Positions 41,101-55,699 of a stretch of DNA of 64,000 bases are shown here, piece after piece. This DNA is from Eledone cirrhosa (Eukaryota). The notes beneath the pieces were generated by a model that saw only the letters and a list, made by a program, of their open reading frames with translations, did not search any database and was not told where the DNA came from. Positions within the stretch are counted from its first letter, which is position 1, and each line of letters opens with the position of its first letter. The position numbers were made by a program, and so were the translations under genes. The stretch covers positions 325,996,001 to 326,060,000 of the forward strand of contig OZ024743.1 in NCBI GenBank assembly GCA_964016885.1, in the 5' to 3' direction.

Positions 41101-43837
41101 GCGTCGAGAACGGCCCTGGGCCAGTTCTTCGACGCGAAACACGAAGGCTGCATCGTCCGAAGCAAAATACGTGCTCTGGGAAACGAGGGGACCAAAGTTG
41201 TTAGCTGGGCCCGCGTGACAGAAGCCCAAAAGAGGGAGTAGATCCACTATCCGGTCTTTGCGAGACCAGGATGGACGGGTGATCCTTGAACCTAAGCAGA
41301 TGTACGAGGCTTTTCAAAAGCACTTTGCCAGATTGTTCGGAAGGGGCGGGGAACCGGTTGGGGAAGTGGACTTCGGTCCATACCTCGACGGCCTGCCGCG
41401 TCTCTCGGACAGGGAGGCGAAGTCCTGCGAGGAGCCAATTTCAGCCGCTGAGATAGAGGACGTGCTGAGCCAATGCGGCAAACGCAAATCCCCGGGTCTC
41501 GATGGTCTTCCATACGAACTATATCTAGCTATGCCGGACTTGTTCCCCGATCTCCTCGAGGCGGTCTACTGCAACTGGCAACAGAACGGGAGAATTCCAT
41601 GTGCTGTGACCAAGGGTGTAGTCACGCTAGTGAGGAAGGGCGGGAACAAGGGGGACGATATAAATAATTTCAGGCCCATAACTCTGCTAAATACAGAGTT
41701 ACAGATTTTGGCCAAGGTGCTAGCAAATAGGTTGGCGCTTGTCGTGGGCAACCTGGTGGGAGATGCGCAGACATGTGCTATCCCGTCCAGGTCCATCCAC
41801 GACAACCTCCACCTATGCGATACATCATCGAGAGGGTTGGGAACGAACCCGGCTTTGGTGGGGCCCTGATCAACTTGGATCAATCTAAGGCGTTCGATAG
41901 GGTCGACTATGGTTACCTGGATGCGGTGCTAGCGGCGGCAGGCTTCGGACCCGTTTTCAGGGGCTGGATCACTGCCATGCACAGCAGCCGCATCTGCTCT
42001 AGGGTCAAGATGAACCGCTACCTCTCGGAGCCGTTCGAAATCGCGCGGTCCATCCGACAAGGGTGCCCTCTCTCTTCCCTTCTGTATGTAGTGACTCTAG
42101 AGCCGCTGCTGCGGAAGTTGGAGTTGTTACAGGGCATCCCGTTGGTACCGGGATTGCGGAAAGCGATGTCGGCCTATGCCGATGACGTAACAGTAATGGT
42201 GTCGACGGCCTCGGAAATCGGGGCGATCGGCACCTTACTGGAGGAGTACGAAAGGTTTACAGGGGCTAAGCTGAACCGGGACAAGTCGACCGGTCTGCAA
42301 CTCGGCACGTGGAGGGGCAGATCGATGCCCTCCGATGGCGTCATCGGGCGCTGGACGGAGGGCCCGGTGAAGTTGCTCGGGGTCTGGTTCGGACCAGACC
42401 TCCAGGTGGAGAAGAACTGGGGTGAGGTAACGGACAGGGTGTTTGCACTGACCCAGAAGTGGGCCGAGTGCAAACTGTCCCTGAAAGGTCGGGCGGAAGG
42501 GCGAACACTTATATAGCGCCCGTCATCTACTACCGCATGGCCGTCGTGCCTTGCCCAAGGGAAACGCTCGCCAAAATGGAGCGCGCACTCTTCCAATTCC
42601 TTTGGAAGAAGCGGGCTCCTATGGTGAGGAGATCCATCTTCTGTCAACACCTTTCGAAAGGAGGGCTGGGGATGCCGTGGGTAATGATACGTAAACACGC
42701 ATTAAGGCTACGGCACCTCCAGGTATTCCTCACCGGTCAACCGGTGTGGGCCCCGTTTGTGAGGCGAGCCTTTCCCAGACTCGTCTCGCTCACCGAGCTG
42801 CAATCCTGGGTCAAGCAAAGACCGAGAATACTGGGCGCCTGGCACACCGAGTGTGCCCAGGCGCCCACGGCTCTCTGGCAGGCGGACCCGGCTGTCAGTG
42901 GAGAATCCACCTCGTCATTCTATAGCGGGCTGGTGGTTAGCAGGTGCGACGACGCCCTCGGAGAAGCCCTAGGCATGGAGGAAGACGAACTGGCCAACCT
43001 GTTCGGTAGGACATTCAGCCCGAGACCAATGGATAACTTCCAGAGGTCCCTGGCGTGGCAGTGCTACTGAGGGGCTCTGACCGTTCGAGAAAGGCTCTAC
43101 AGACACGGGCGCCCGAGTAGGGACACCTCGAAAAAGATCTGTCCCAGATGCGTGTGCGACGAGGAAACCGTTGCACACGCATTGGTACACTGCTCGGGCA
43201 TTGCCGATCTGTGGGGCTATGTCGAACAACTGCTGTCAAGGGTGGGACCGATCCGGTTGACCACCGAGTCTATTGTAACGATCAAGCCGCCTCCTCTCTT
43301 CAGAAACGAAGAAGAGGCGGTGTTTCTGTACGTAATAGCCATGGCGAAAGAGGTTGTATGGTGGACGCGTCTGAAAGGACTGAGGTCAGACACCTTTCTC
43401 TCTGGCCATCAACTGGTCCGTTTCTTCCGATATCATTTCGGAAGAAGGATCAGGATGGACAGAGAGGTGCTGCACCCCAGCCGTTTTTATGAAAGATGGG
43501 TGAAAGTGGCGAGAATGGCCCGAGTGAATGGGCCTTCACTCTACATCAGACTATAGATGAGGAAGATGAAAGATCAAGGGAGCACCCCCTCTCTGTGCTC
43601 CTGAGGAGAAGCGTTGCACACTTTTTTCGGGGCGGGGGGGTGCGACTCCCCAAGGCGCCTCCTCCCTATTGAGGATTTTGTTATTAAATTAATTTTTGTT
43701 ATATTTTATATATTATTTTTTATATCTTGTTATTGCCTCCTCCTTATTGAGGACGCCTTTTTATGTAAACCCCACCCCCCACCTGCCCATTGTACTTGTC
43801 CCACTCTTTGATGCCCTGGTGGCAAATAAAAAGAAAG
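38116..43837 (+). mobile_element. Full-length but disrupted L1/Tx1-clade LINE (ORF1 with CCHC knuckle; ORF2 APE-RT-zinc finger)
   Basis: ORF1 has CYLCGARGHLRAVC. ORF2 has GCLNERGL, GDWN, YLDR, SDH, SPGLDG, RPITLLN, DQSKAFDRV, QGCPLS, YADD and CPRC..H..HC. AATAAA at 43825 and a near-identical 16-bp TSD at 38100-38115 / 43838-43853. Several frameshifts and stops. Confidence 0.93.
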
Positions 43838-44183
43838 TTATCTATAAAAAGCAGATTGTTGTTGTTGTGTGTGTGTGTGCACATGTTCCATGTTTATACA
43901 TTTGCACAATTTCAAACCGATTCGACTCAAAGTCTGTAAGAATGTTGTAAATGGTCTAACTTAGGTCAACGACTATTTATGTCATTCAAAGTCACCCACA
44001 ATTACGGAAATAATCGATAAAACTAAATACATGACGCTTTACACACCCCACACCCCCCCCTAATACCATCTGATTACCTCTCTCTACTCCCCTTCAACTT
44101 CGATAAAACTACATACATGCTTACAAACTTCCTTTAGGAACACCGGAGAGAGAGAGAGAGAGAGAGAACGTTTGTTTTTTAGT

Positions 44184-44915
44184 ATATCCTCTATGAAGTC
44201 ACTAAACCTGCTAGAAACAGAAGCTAACTCTCCCCCATATCACACCCCTCCCTACTGTCTTAAATTTAGAAAACGTATCCTCTATGAGGTCACTAAACCT
44301 GCTAGAAACAGCAGCTAACTCCCCCCCATATCACACCCCTCCCTACTGTCTTACATTTAGAAAATACATATCCTCTATGAGGTCACTAAACCTGCTGGAA
44401 ACAGCAGCTAACTCCCCCCAATATCACACCCCTCCCTACTGTCTTAAATTTAGAAAACATATCCTCTATGAGGTCACTAAACCTGCTAGAAACAGCAGCT
44501 AACTCTCCCCCATATCACACCCCTCCCTACTGTTTTAAATTTAGAAAACACATATCCTCTATGAGGTCACTAAACCTGCTGGAAACAGCAGCTAACTCTC
44601 CCCAATATCACACCCCTCCCTACTGTCTTAAATTTAGAAAACATATACTCTATGAGGTCCCTAAACCTGCTAGAAACAGTAGCTAACTCTCCCCCATATC
44701 ACACCACTCCCTACTGTCTAAATTTAGAAAACATATCCTCTATGAGGTCCCTAAACCTGCTAGAAACAACAGATAACTCTCCCCCATATCACACCCCTCC
44801 CTACTGTCTTAAATTTAGAAAACATATCCTCTATGAGGTCCCTAAACCTGCTAGAAACAGCAGCTAACTCTCCCCCATATCACACCCCTCCCTACTGTCT
44901 TAAATTTAGAAAACA
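44184..44915. repeat. Minisatellite, about 8 copies of a ~92-bp unit
   Basis: Unit TCCTCTATGAGGTCACTAAACCTGCTAGAAACAGCAGCTAACTC...TTTAGAAAAC, repeated head to tail. Confidence 0.95.
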
Positions 44916-45483
44916 CACATTAGACAACCATGCAGAACAACTCCATCGCAACTCTGTTGTTTGGCTGGCATCGTCTACACGTGTGTTGCGCAAGTACTGT
45001 GAAACAATAAATTTCAACACTTCTTTGCACAGAGATAATATCCATAGGCGAAACTACAATTGTCACTGCTAGCGCAGCTCCTGCTCCGGCAGTCCAGGTC
45101 TGCAATTCATTCACCCAGGGCCTGGCAGACGAAAAAGTGCTGCCATAAAAGGGGTAGTGCAACTTAACTTTGGTAACTTACTGACCCCGAGCAACGCCGG
45201 GCTTTAATGCTAGTATATAATAAAAGGACGATTTATTATGTCATCATTACGTTTATTGAGTAGTGACGTGCGTTTCGCCATTGATCAGCTCAAGGTTTGA
45301 TCTCTATCGATCTAGCCCGACTCTGGAATCAAAAGCTCGTCGGACCTCTGCTGTGGTAATGACAGAAACTACGCACCTCGAGTGCTCACTCGGGTGAACC
45401 TACAGTAACTGCACGTTACACTCCTTAAATATAAATATGATTATGTAACTTCTGTATTAACGTTTATATATAATTCATCGCCG

Positions 45484-45548
<65 letters not shown>

Positions 45549-45916
45549 TGTTGTTTAGCTCCAAATTGGTCTATGATCAGATCGTTCTAGTCATGACCAT
45601 CCCATCTTATTTCCGAACAATGTAGCAAGGATTACATAATGTGTCATTTTTAAAAGATGGTCAGATATAATTTGAAAAGTTTGGCTGCTATATCTATAAA
45701 ATCGAGCGGCTTCGTAATGACACCCACGTTGGCTCTAAATATTCTTTAGTTAATTTGGTGTACGATATGTTTCGTATATTAATTGAAATCCCTTTTAAAA
45801 CAAGATTGATTGTTTACTCACAAAATAATAAAACCAAAGATTTATTAATTCGTGTAACACATCACTGAGTATAAGAAATATTTAAGAATTCTCTGATACT
45901 TTATTTCTAATTTCAG

Positions 45917-46716
45917 GTATAATGTTCGTACTCTGGCAACAAGTTGGTCGAGGCCCAAAACCAATTTTCACGAAATCCTCCGGACAAAATGCTGATGATG
46001 AATCTCAAGAACCTCGCTCTTATCGTTTGAGTGTCGACTGCGGGGGATCAAGTCGGGGCCTTTTTGTTGGCATTCTTCTATTCGTAGGAGCTGTCATAAC
46101 TATGGTAGCGTTCTATGTTTTAGTCCACAAAGAAAATATGACAATAACTGCATTGGCTTTGGTTCATCTCTCTGAAATAATAATATATTTGTTGGGTTTG
46201 ATGGCAACTGTAACTGCTGCATGGCGTATGCGAGGCCTTGCCTACAAACCTGGTCATGCTTCCGTTCTTGAAAATGTTCTTATATTGATATCACTAACTG
46301 GTGTGTTCATTTTTTGCCTTTTCGGAATCATTGCTGCCCTTTTCCACGAGGAAAGTGGTATAACGAACACTTTGTCAATTGCATCGAATCTCATGATGAT
46401 TATTCAGTCGATAGTTCAAACAGTATTTATGGTAGTTGGTGCTGAAATGCAAGCCTATACTCAAACTCAAGAACGTCAGAAGCCAGGAAGAGAGTTGGTT
46501 ACATTTCTCATTTTATGTAATTTGTCACTTTGGGGCATCAATACATTTGAAACACAACGTGCTGAACATAATCCTATCCAAACGGATTTCTATGGACACA
46601 TGGCTTGGGCAATACTTACACACATATCTGTACCTCTTGGCATATTTTTCCGATTTCATTCAACAGTTTGTCTATCAAATATCTGGAAAAACGCTTGGAA
46701 AATCAGAAATCACTAA
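45917..46716 (+). CDS. OTOP: Otopetrin last coding exon, TM7-TM12 (...PGRELVTFL...PLGIFFRFHS...W)
   Basis: TTTCAG| acceptor and a 264-aa ORF with VDC..S.RGLF.G, RE.VTFL..CN..LW, FYG..AW and PL.IFFRFHS motifs, ending in TAA. The 7 exons total 1982 nt (about 660 codons). Confidence 0.96.
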
Positions 46717-47789
46717 TTATATATTCTCCAAGTTATATTTATTAAATTTTTTCTTTGATATTTCACTATTTTTCTCATCAGTCACTTCAAACGCTTCCTT
46801 CGTTATCCGTCATTTCATGAACTACCTTAAATAGTTCAGTGAGTAGAAAATATTACTGATACTCGACTTGGAAGAAAGACAGTTCACTTTCCCACTAACA
46901 CAGAAAACAAATTTTATCTGGAGTATTACCTACATTAACCATCTATCCTGAATCTGGAGAATTACCTCTAGTTGTTTCCTCCTGAAAAAAATAAAAACAT
47001 TTTTTGTTTTTTCGATTTCATCAATTCAAAGAAAAGGAACTGTATTTTTGTTAGACTGATATTGGGTTGGTCACAAAAACTTCGTAAATGAGAAATCATT
47101 TTAGCCAAGGTCTTAATAGAGTTGTACACTTGAGCTTCAATATTTATGAATCGTCTTTTTGAACCGACTTCAAACTTTCTATTTAGAGATTTTTTTCTAT
47201 TGCTTCTGTGTAAAGAAATATACATAAAATCATGTCTCGGCTGTTAATACTGGATAAAAGATTCGGAAGTTTTAGCAGTTACACATTGGGAACACCCAAT
47301 CAGAGACAAGATAATGAGAGAAGCTCTATACAGACGCTCGACCTGCTATAAATATTATCTAAACTTCCCTCAAATCACACTTTACGATCTTAAAAAGAAA
47401 ATCCACATTAAATAATGAGGTCCTAAATACACTAGGTCCGAATAAATGATGTGGTGATCACAGTTGTGATGCATTTGATCATAGTTCAACTCAATCGCGA
47501 TTAAGCAACCGAATTTAGTACACAAACATTCTCATAAATTTCTAGTTTCAACTTTATCGCTTCGGGCAAATACCGGGATTTGACCTGCCACCCACTAAAA
47601 CCCCAAACGGGGAGTACCATGAAAAAAAGTTCCTCAAAAGAGGGAGAAATTGGGAAAAATGGAGAGATTTTACATAATGAAAGCTATACCCACTTTCACT
47701 AAAGAAGATATCTCAACCCACCAGAAAGTGGGTGGGAATAGTAGACAGGTCTGAAAGTCGGACGGGAATAGTAGACAGGTCTGAGTCAT

Positions 47790-48830
47790 ATACTGGATTG
47801 ACATAGTCAGCTACATCCCTCGACGAAATGTGTGAACTTTGTCAAAATTTAGAAACCAATTTTATTGTTAGCATCAATGCTTTGCGGCATATAGTTACGG
47901 CCCTTTATGTTCTGAGTACAAATCCTGTCAGGGTCAAAATTAAAGTAACAGTTAAGTACTGGGTCGATATAATCGACTTTCCTCTCCAACCAAATTGTTG
48001 ACATTGTGTCTAATTCAGAAACCATTACTATAAAGTCAGAGGATTGCCAGTACCGGTAGAGCGTCGGACAACATGCTTTGCGGCATATGGGTTACGGCCC
48101 TTTACGTTCTGAGTTCGGGGTCGATAAAATAAAGTACCAGCCATGTACTGGGGTCGATTTAATCGACTTTCCTCCTCTCTCAAAATTGCTGGCCTTGTGC
48201 CTAAACCAGAAATCAGTATTCTAAGGGTGGTGTATTGCCAATATTGGTAGGACGTCGGACAAAATGCTTTGCAGCATTTAGTTACGACTTTCTATGCTCT
48301 GAGTTCAAATCGCGCCAAGGTCAACTTTGCCTTTCATCCTTCCGGGCTTGATAAAATAAAGTACTAGTTAAATACAGGGGTCGATATAATCAACTTTCTC
48401 CCACCCCCAAATTGATGGCCTCGTGCCAAAGTTATCACCAACAACAACAAAAAAGCCAGTATAAAGACAAAGTGTCTTGTTGTACTTCATTATATTCGAA
48501 AGGGCGGTGAATTGGCAGTATCGGTAGAGGGTCGGACGCCATGATTTGATGCATAGAGTTACGGCCCTTGCCATTCTGAGTTCAAATCCCGTTGAGGTTA
48601 ACTTTTCTTTTCATCCTTACGGGGTCGATAAAATAAAGTACCAGAAATGTACTGGGTAATTGCTGGCCTTGTGCCAATAGTAGAAACAATTATATTCGAA
48701 ACAATTATATTCCTTTATCTTCTGGGCTCGAATTCCGCCATGATCAACTTTGCCTTTTATTCTTTCGAGGACGATAAATAAAGTACTAGTCTATTGCTGA
48801 GGTCGATTCGACCCCCTCCCCCCCCCCATT
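47790..48830 (+). mobile_element. Cluster of about 5-6 co-oriented tRNA-derived SINE copies (same family at ~18765-18955 -, 33795-33985, 35240-35460, 37915-38100, 50168-50388)
   Basis: Recurrent TGGCAGTATCGGTAGAG...CTGAGTTCAAATCC...GGGGTCGATAAAATAAAGTACCAG...GGCCTTGTGCC. Confidence 0.85.
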
Positions 48831-49094
48831 CATAATTATCTGACTATCTATCTCTTTCTTTCTTTGGAAGAAACGGTTGTGTTTCTGACGTGGAGAAGGA
48901 TGTGTTTCACCAGGTTTAAAATACGTAAGGTACGTCGTGTGTCATGACCGCGCCCTTACGACTCCATTAACAGTTAAGGGTCATTGACCTACCTTACTAA
49001 GATGTTAGGATAAAACATTTTGTTTGTTGAAACAGTATACGAATTCTACTTATTTAATGGGTCACAGAAGGATAAAAGTATTTTTTTTAAAACC

Positions 49095-49400
49095 CTTGTG
49101 GTATTTGTGTATTGGAGGGATGCAACAAGAAATTGGAACACAAACCCAGGCACTGCCGCCCGGAACGCAGGAGAGCGGAAGATGATAATAAAATGCCGGA
49201 ATTTGGGCAAACGTTTTGTGTCGGTACCCTTGAGACCTCCAATATCCTATGTTCTCTGACTTCTGTTTTCTATCGGAAAATCAGAAGTCCATCTTGTTTG
49301 AGGAAGGAACTCTATGAAGTTGAATAATTGATGTAGCGGGTGTCACTGGCTATTCTCCGCGGTAATGCTTTCATCATCTTGTTATGGGGCGTAGTTGAGA
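49095..49400 (+). mobile_element. Degenerate CRE-like non-LTR retrotransposon 3' fragment
   Basis: Peptide remnants PGTAARNAGERK, FVSVxLET and the terminal SLAILRGNA. Confidence 0.5.
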
Positions 49401-52400
49401 TATACCAACCAGCCAAGTGTGTAAAGTTTGCTCCCTCTCTTTCCTTATCCCTTTTTAAACATTTTTCTCTTCCCCTTTTTCTTTTTCTCTTTTTTTTCTC
49501 TCTATTTGTTTATTATATATTGACAATATGGTTTTGATATTGACTATTTTCCAAAGAAACTATATTTTTATTCTATGTAAAAATATGTCATGTAAATACA
49601 ATTTAATAGAAAAAGAAGAAAATAAAATTAGATTGAGAAGAAAGAATAGAATGTAAAACAAGAAAAGAATGTGAAAAATCAGGGTTTCTTGTTTGTTAGG
49701 CATAAACTCCTTATATTTATGAGGGTGAGGGAGAAGCAAGAGATGCTGTGACATTCAAAGACACTATGAGCGTGAATGAGAAAAATTATTTTCAAGTGAA
49801 TATTGTTACTCGACTTACCAGAACTCTTTCCCTTCCGGCTCTCATCCCATCAAAATAAGTAAAATATTGCAGTAAACGAGAAACACTTCGCGTCACATTC
49901 AATCTGCTAAAACTAGCAGTCAAAACTCCCTCAAATCACAGCCTTAAATTAAGAAAAAAAGGATAAAACAAAAGACGAATTCATCACGGTTGAAACAATT
50001 TCAATCATAGATTTGCTATATCAAAGCTGATCTGGGTCTAAGAATCAGTAATGATGAATCCTCCGTCAGTTTCAACAATGAGCATTTAGTTGTTCGATCA
50101 AGTGAACTAACTAATCGATAAATGAACGTGTGATTAAATATTCCACAAACACGGATATTAGTGTAGCTAGGGTAGTGGGTTGGCAGAATCAGTAGAGCAT
50201 CAGACAACAGGTTTCGCAGCATAGAGTTATGGCGCTTTACGTTCTGAGTTCAAATCCCACCTAGGTTAGCTTTGCCTGCCATCCTTACGGGGTCGATAAA
50301 TAAAGCATCAGTAATGCACTGGGGTCGATTTAATCGATGTTTCCCTTCCTCCAAATTACAGGCCTTGTGTCTAAAGTAGAAACAATTATATTAGTGTAGT
50401 TCCCATGCAGATTAAGTTCAGCGTGTTACAGTGAATGACAAAACTGGACCTTTAAATTATAGGTACAATCCAACCAGTTTCGATCGGCCTAATTTCACTC
50501 GTAAGGCTTGACCAGTCAGTCGTGTCTATGTCCACGTAATAACACAAAATAAAATGGTGTGGGTCAACGAGGGAGCCTCTATGCAGTTGCTCGGCTTGCT
50601 AGAAATATCAGTCGAATCAAACTTTTTTTGTTTTAAAAAAGAAATATTACCTTAAATAATGTAGTTCTCGATACCATGAGACTGGGAAAAAAAACGTGTT
50701 TCATTATACATATGTTCGATCAGAGGTGGCCTAGGGCTAAACAACACGTAAAATATTGACTCCTCAAGGTTCGACTCAGTCATACTTTGTATGTTTGAGA
50801 TTAAGCTATTTGAACGCCGCTCACAGAATATAAACCGTGGAGCCTTCAGTGACAGCTTCATACTCTATCAACACAACTAGCTGTGGCTGACAATAACGAT
50901 GAACCTCTGTCGGTTTCGCTAATGAGTGTTCCAGTTATTCCATCAACAGAACAGCCAGCACATGAAATTAACGTGTAAGTGACTAAGCATTCCATAGACA
51001 CGTGTTCTCATAACGAATTATCTGGCAGATTCAGCTTGAAACAATGTGATAAGTTCGGACCTTTCAATTATGTAATGATTGCGAAACGAACCTCTTAACC
51101 ATTCGGTTATGTGGTGTCCACGGCTTATAATCTATATATCTAAAACAGAGAATGTCTGTCTGTCTGACTCCCTAAAACTCGAGAACCACCCAACCGATTG
51201 TTTTCAAACTTTACACGTAATACTTATGGTCAATTCTCCCCGTCCGACGAGATCTCCCCCTTTTGCCTCATTTTTCATGGTACTTCCCGTTTGGGTTTTT
51301 AGAGGTTGGCAGGTTTGGATCGACCTAGGGCATAAATAGAATTTATTTTATTGAGCCTGGATAGATAAAAACAATGTTAACCTTGATAAATCGGAACGTA
51401 AGGTGTAACTAAATGCAACCGCCCGATGCTCTACCGGTCCTTGGTGACTTATATTGGTAATGGTGAAGGTAGGGTGTTCGGTTCACGATTGCAAGATTGT
51501 GAGTTCGGTTCCCGTTGCGTTCTTGAGGAAGACACTATATTTCACGGGTAGGTAGCAAAAATGAGTTGTGCCTGTAATTCAAATGGCCAGCCCTGTCGCA
51601 CATTGTATTGCGCTATCTCGCCCTGAGAACTACGTTAACTACGATACACGTGTCTGTAAGTGATCAGCCACTTTCACGTTAATTTCACGAGTAGGCTGTT
51701 CCGTTGATCGAACACCTGCAACACTCATCATTGGAACTGACGGTAGCCCAAAACACCAACAATAATGATTTCTGATTTTAGAGGGAGGGGAAGTCGATTA
51801 AATCGACCCAATACGTTACTGGTACTTTATTTTATTGATCCCGTAAGGATGAAAGGTAAATCTAACCTCGGCGGGATTTGCACTCAGAACGGAAAGGACC
51901 TTAATTATATGCCGTAAAGCATAATGTCCGACGCTCTACCGATACTGCCAATCCACATCGACACATTACACAGTAAGAAACTCCAAACTATTAGAATGGT
52001 TTGGTACTAATAAAAATAAAATGGACATCCGTCGGCTTCGACGATGAGTATTCCAGTTGTTCGATCAATGGAACCGTCTGTTCATAGAATCAACGTGTAA
52101 GTGGGTGAGCCTTTAAGGGAATTCTCAATGAGATTCAAGATGACACACTGAGTAACAAGGCCGGTCCTTTGAATTACAGCTACTGTCCTTCAGAATGGCT
52201 TCCAAACAGTTTCCGTCTACCCAATTTCACTCACAAAGTATGGGTCAACCTGCAAATATGGTAAATGACACTGAGATGCCAAGCAGTGAGATCGAACCCA
52301 GGAAGTAATGATTGCAAAATAAACTTCTTAACCAATCAGCCTTGTTGCGTTCATGAGAGAGAAAGACTTATACTATGTATATACGGCTATACGACCCTCG

Positions 52401-54683
52401 GTGGTGCTTTTACGGCTCAATGAGACGTTACAGTGCTTCAGCTCTCTGCGCTCTGAATTCAAATGCCAACGGATTCGCTTTGCCTTTCATCTTTTCTGGG
52501 TCGATAAAACATTACCAGCCTGGTGTTGGTACAATCCTCACTCCTTCCTGTTGTCACATTCTTAATGTTCTGTTGGATCAAGGGATTAAAGGTCAAGAGG
52601 GTCTCTGCGTCTGCTCGCAACTTCATAGTAACTTAAAAACCTTTGCGATATCATGGTACATTCTACCAAGTCGTATTTATTGTGTGCATGTATGTGTGTC
52701 TGTGCTTCTTTGAGATTTAGGTTCTTTACAGACGTTAAGCCGGTCACTAAGAAAATGACAAAAATATTTTGTTTGTTTGAATCAAAATAGTTCCAGGGAT
52801 TTGTAAATAAGTGAGAGACTCTTCGGCTAACAGTACTTATCCAGGAATACGCACCCCCTTCCTCACCCCACCTTAAATAAATATTTAATTATACAAAAAA
52901 AAAGAAATAATGGCAACTGCCAACATATGAATGAAAAGTCTCCGATTAATTATAACTAGGGTGTCCCACCACTCCAACCACCTTCAGTTCCGATCACCGC
53001 TTACAAATTAAGTTCTCAGAATTTGTCTGTCTGCATCTTCGGTTTTGGCTGAACTTCGAAGTCTCCCACATCCCCAGAGTAACTCTTTTTAGCTGATGAT
53101 AGACTTCTGCTGTGACTTTCAACATTGTGGTCAATTGTGACTTTCAACATTGTGGTCAACATCAAAAGAATTGTAGTTGTCATTGGAGCTTTAAGTTTGA
53201 TACCATTAAAACAGAGGGCATCCTAAGGAAATAAACCTTGAATAACAAATTGCTCTCCTACAAGACTGCGCTGTTAGGCATTTCACATATACTCAATAAA
53301 GAACTGTCTGTCTAAGGTCATTGTTGAAATTTCACAGGCAGTTTCTGCTATCGGAGCGGAGCTGGCCGCACGCAGGCGCTAGCCCTGCGAAGTGGAGTAG
53401 CTGTGTCAGCGCGTCTCCTTCGCCGTCCTCCGGGGCAATGCATTCTCCATCCTGTCGGCCGGGACCCAGAGGTGGAGGGTAAGTTAGTTGGTGGTGGAGG
53501 ATACTCGTTCGGGCGTCACATCCACACGTGTATTGAATACAAGCTAAGGACGTGGAATTGTTTTGGCTCTCTTTCTTATATAGATGTTAACTCCCTAAAA
53601 GAATAAACACACAAACACACACATTTACTTGCGTGAAACTAAGTAAAAGATCCAGTAATTATATTTACTTTACAAACCACCACAAACAACAACAACAACA
53701 ACTATAACAAATATGAGAGAGCTGCAAATAGTATTGACGATAAGTTCATAAAGTCTCCATTTACGGTACTATAAACTGCCTTAGACTAAGCCATATATTT
53801 CTCTAAATGCCCAGTCCATATAACAGCCTATAGAAACTTCGGAATAGCCACAGCAGACCTCAAGATGGTAACAGGAAGCCACTCCAGTGTATTTTACAGA
53901 AAAAAAATTTAAACAACATAATACAAAGTATTTTACACAAGAAAATCTTATATATTTGGATAGAGTTTTTTCCTATTTTAACTACCTAAACAGCATAATA
54001 AAGAAAATGTTTAGGTAACCGAAATGTAAATTGCAAAATAAATAAATAAATAAAGATATATGAAAATTCACTTAGCACTAATTTGTATATTTTTCAACAT
54101 TCCAATTCTAGTTAAACTTTTGTATATTATAAAATTGAAATAAAACGAAAAACACAAAATTGAAAATATATTTTTTTGTTTTCTGGTCTTTTTTTTATGT
54201 CGTCTGAAATTCCGTTTCGAGCTTATAAGCTAAAGAATTTAACGTTGGTTTCGACGATGAGTGTTCCAATTATTCAATCAGCATGATATTGCTTCTGACA
54301 AGACCCACTGAAAGGAGTGTTTGAGGACTCTGCCCCAACAATCTTCTCAAGAATAAGTGAGCGAAGAAGAAGAGAAGACAACTCTGTATGTAAGTGAAAG
54401 TCGCTGAGCATTCCACATCACGCGTGTACTCTTAATTTAATTCTTTGGGAGACTCAGAGTGACACAGCGTATGGCAAGTCTTGCCCTTGGAATTACAGGT
54501 ACAATCCATCAGATGGACTTTCAAACAGTTTCTGTCTACCGAGTTTCACTGCAAAGGCTTGAGTCGACACGAAGTAATGGGTAAATGACACATGCTCAAG
54601 ATGCCACGTAATGTGATCGGACCCAGGACCTAATGATTGCGAAGCGAACTTCTTAAAAATTCTGTCAAACTGCGTCCATAAAT

Positions 54684-54930
<247 letters not shown>

Positions 54931-55699
54931 TTAGAGAGGACTTGAAGATGAACTAATCGGAAATTGGTGGTCAACATTTTTGTTCTTTCTTCTTTAACCT
55001 TTCATTACTATATTTCTAATGAAAGGTTCTGCCTATTTCATGTCAGGTGGAATAGACTGAGTCTTTCATTAGAAAACCAACTGGCAGGAGATCCAAGGGT
55101 AGACCCTGAGCAAGATGGTCGGATAACATCCATGAGCTTGGCTGGTCTCGCTTGGGGATCCAACTGGATCAATTAGAGACAGTTGCTTCTGATAGGAGCC
55201 ACTGGAAGGCGTTTTTGACGACTCTGTCCCCAAGACCCTCAGGAATAAGTGGGCAAAGAAGAAGAAGAAGAAGAAGAAGAAGAAGACTGCCTACAATTTT
55301 GAAATAATTTTGAAAATAATCAATAATTTGAAAAGATCTAGTAAAATAATTTCCTCATTATTAAGTTGGTGTTTGGAATATAACTTAACAAAGATTCTTA
55401 CATAAAATTATGGTAGAAAGTTTTTAGACGGATATAAACACTTTAAAATAACTAGTTTTGTATAATAGAACCAAGGGCTGTTTGGTATCAAAAAGGTTAA
55501 ATAAGGAAAATGAATTTATAACCCGGAAAATTTAAACTATTAAACTATAAATTAGGTAACTCATAAATTTAGAAATGTAGTAAGAGACTTTGTTAAGAGA
55601 TAATTTATTTAAATTATTTATTGTTTTGAAATAAATGGAACATATTAGTTAATGTGGTTCCCCCACTAGAGATGACTGAGGAAGTAATAATAATAAAAA

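Noticed and set aside
44184-44915. CRISPR-like array
   Set aside because: The whole unit repeats with no unique spacers, the context is eukaryotic, and there are no cas genes.
46436-46834. 132-aa ORF overlapping the last OTOP exon
   Set aside because: Alternative frame with no recognisable motifs and a non-ATG start.
53230-53600. LTR retrotransposon LTR/PBS remnant
   Set aside because: Only a weak PBS-like GACGCCCGAAC and a GC-rich patch. No second LTR or gag/pol motifs.
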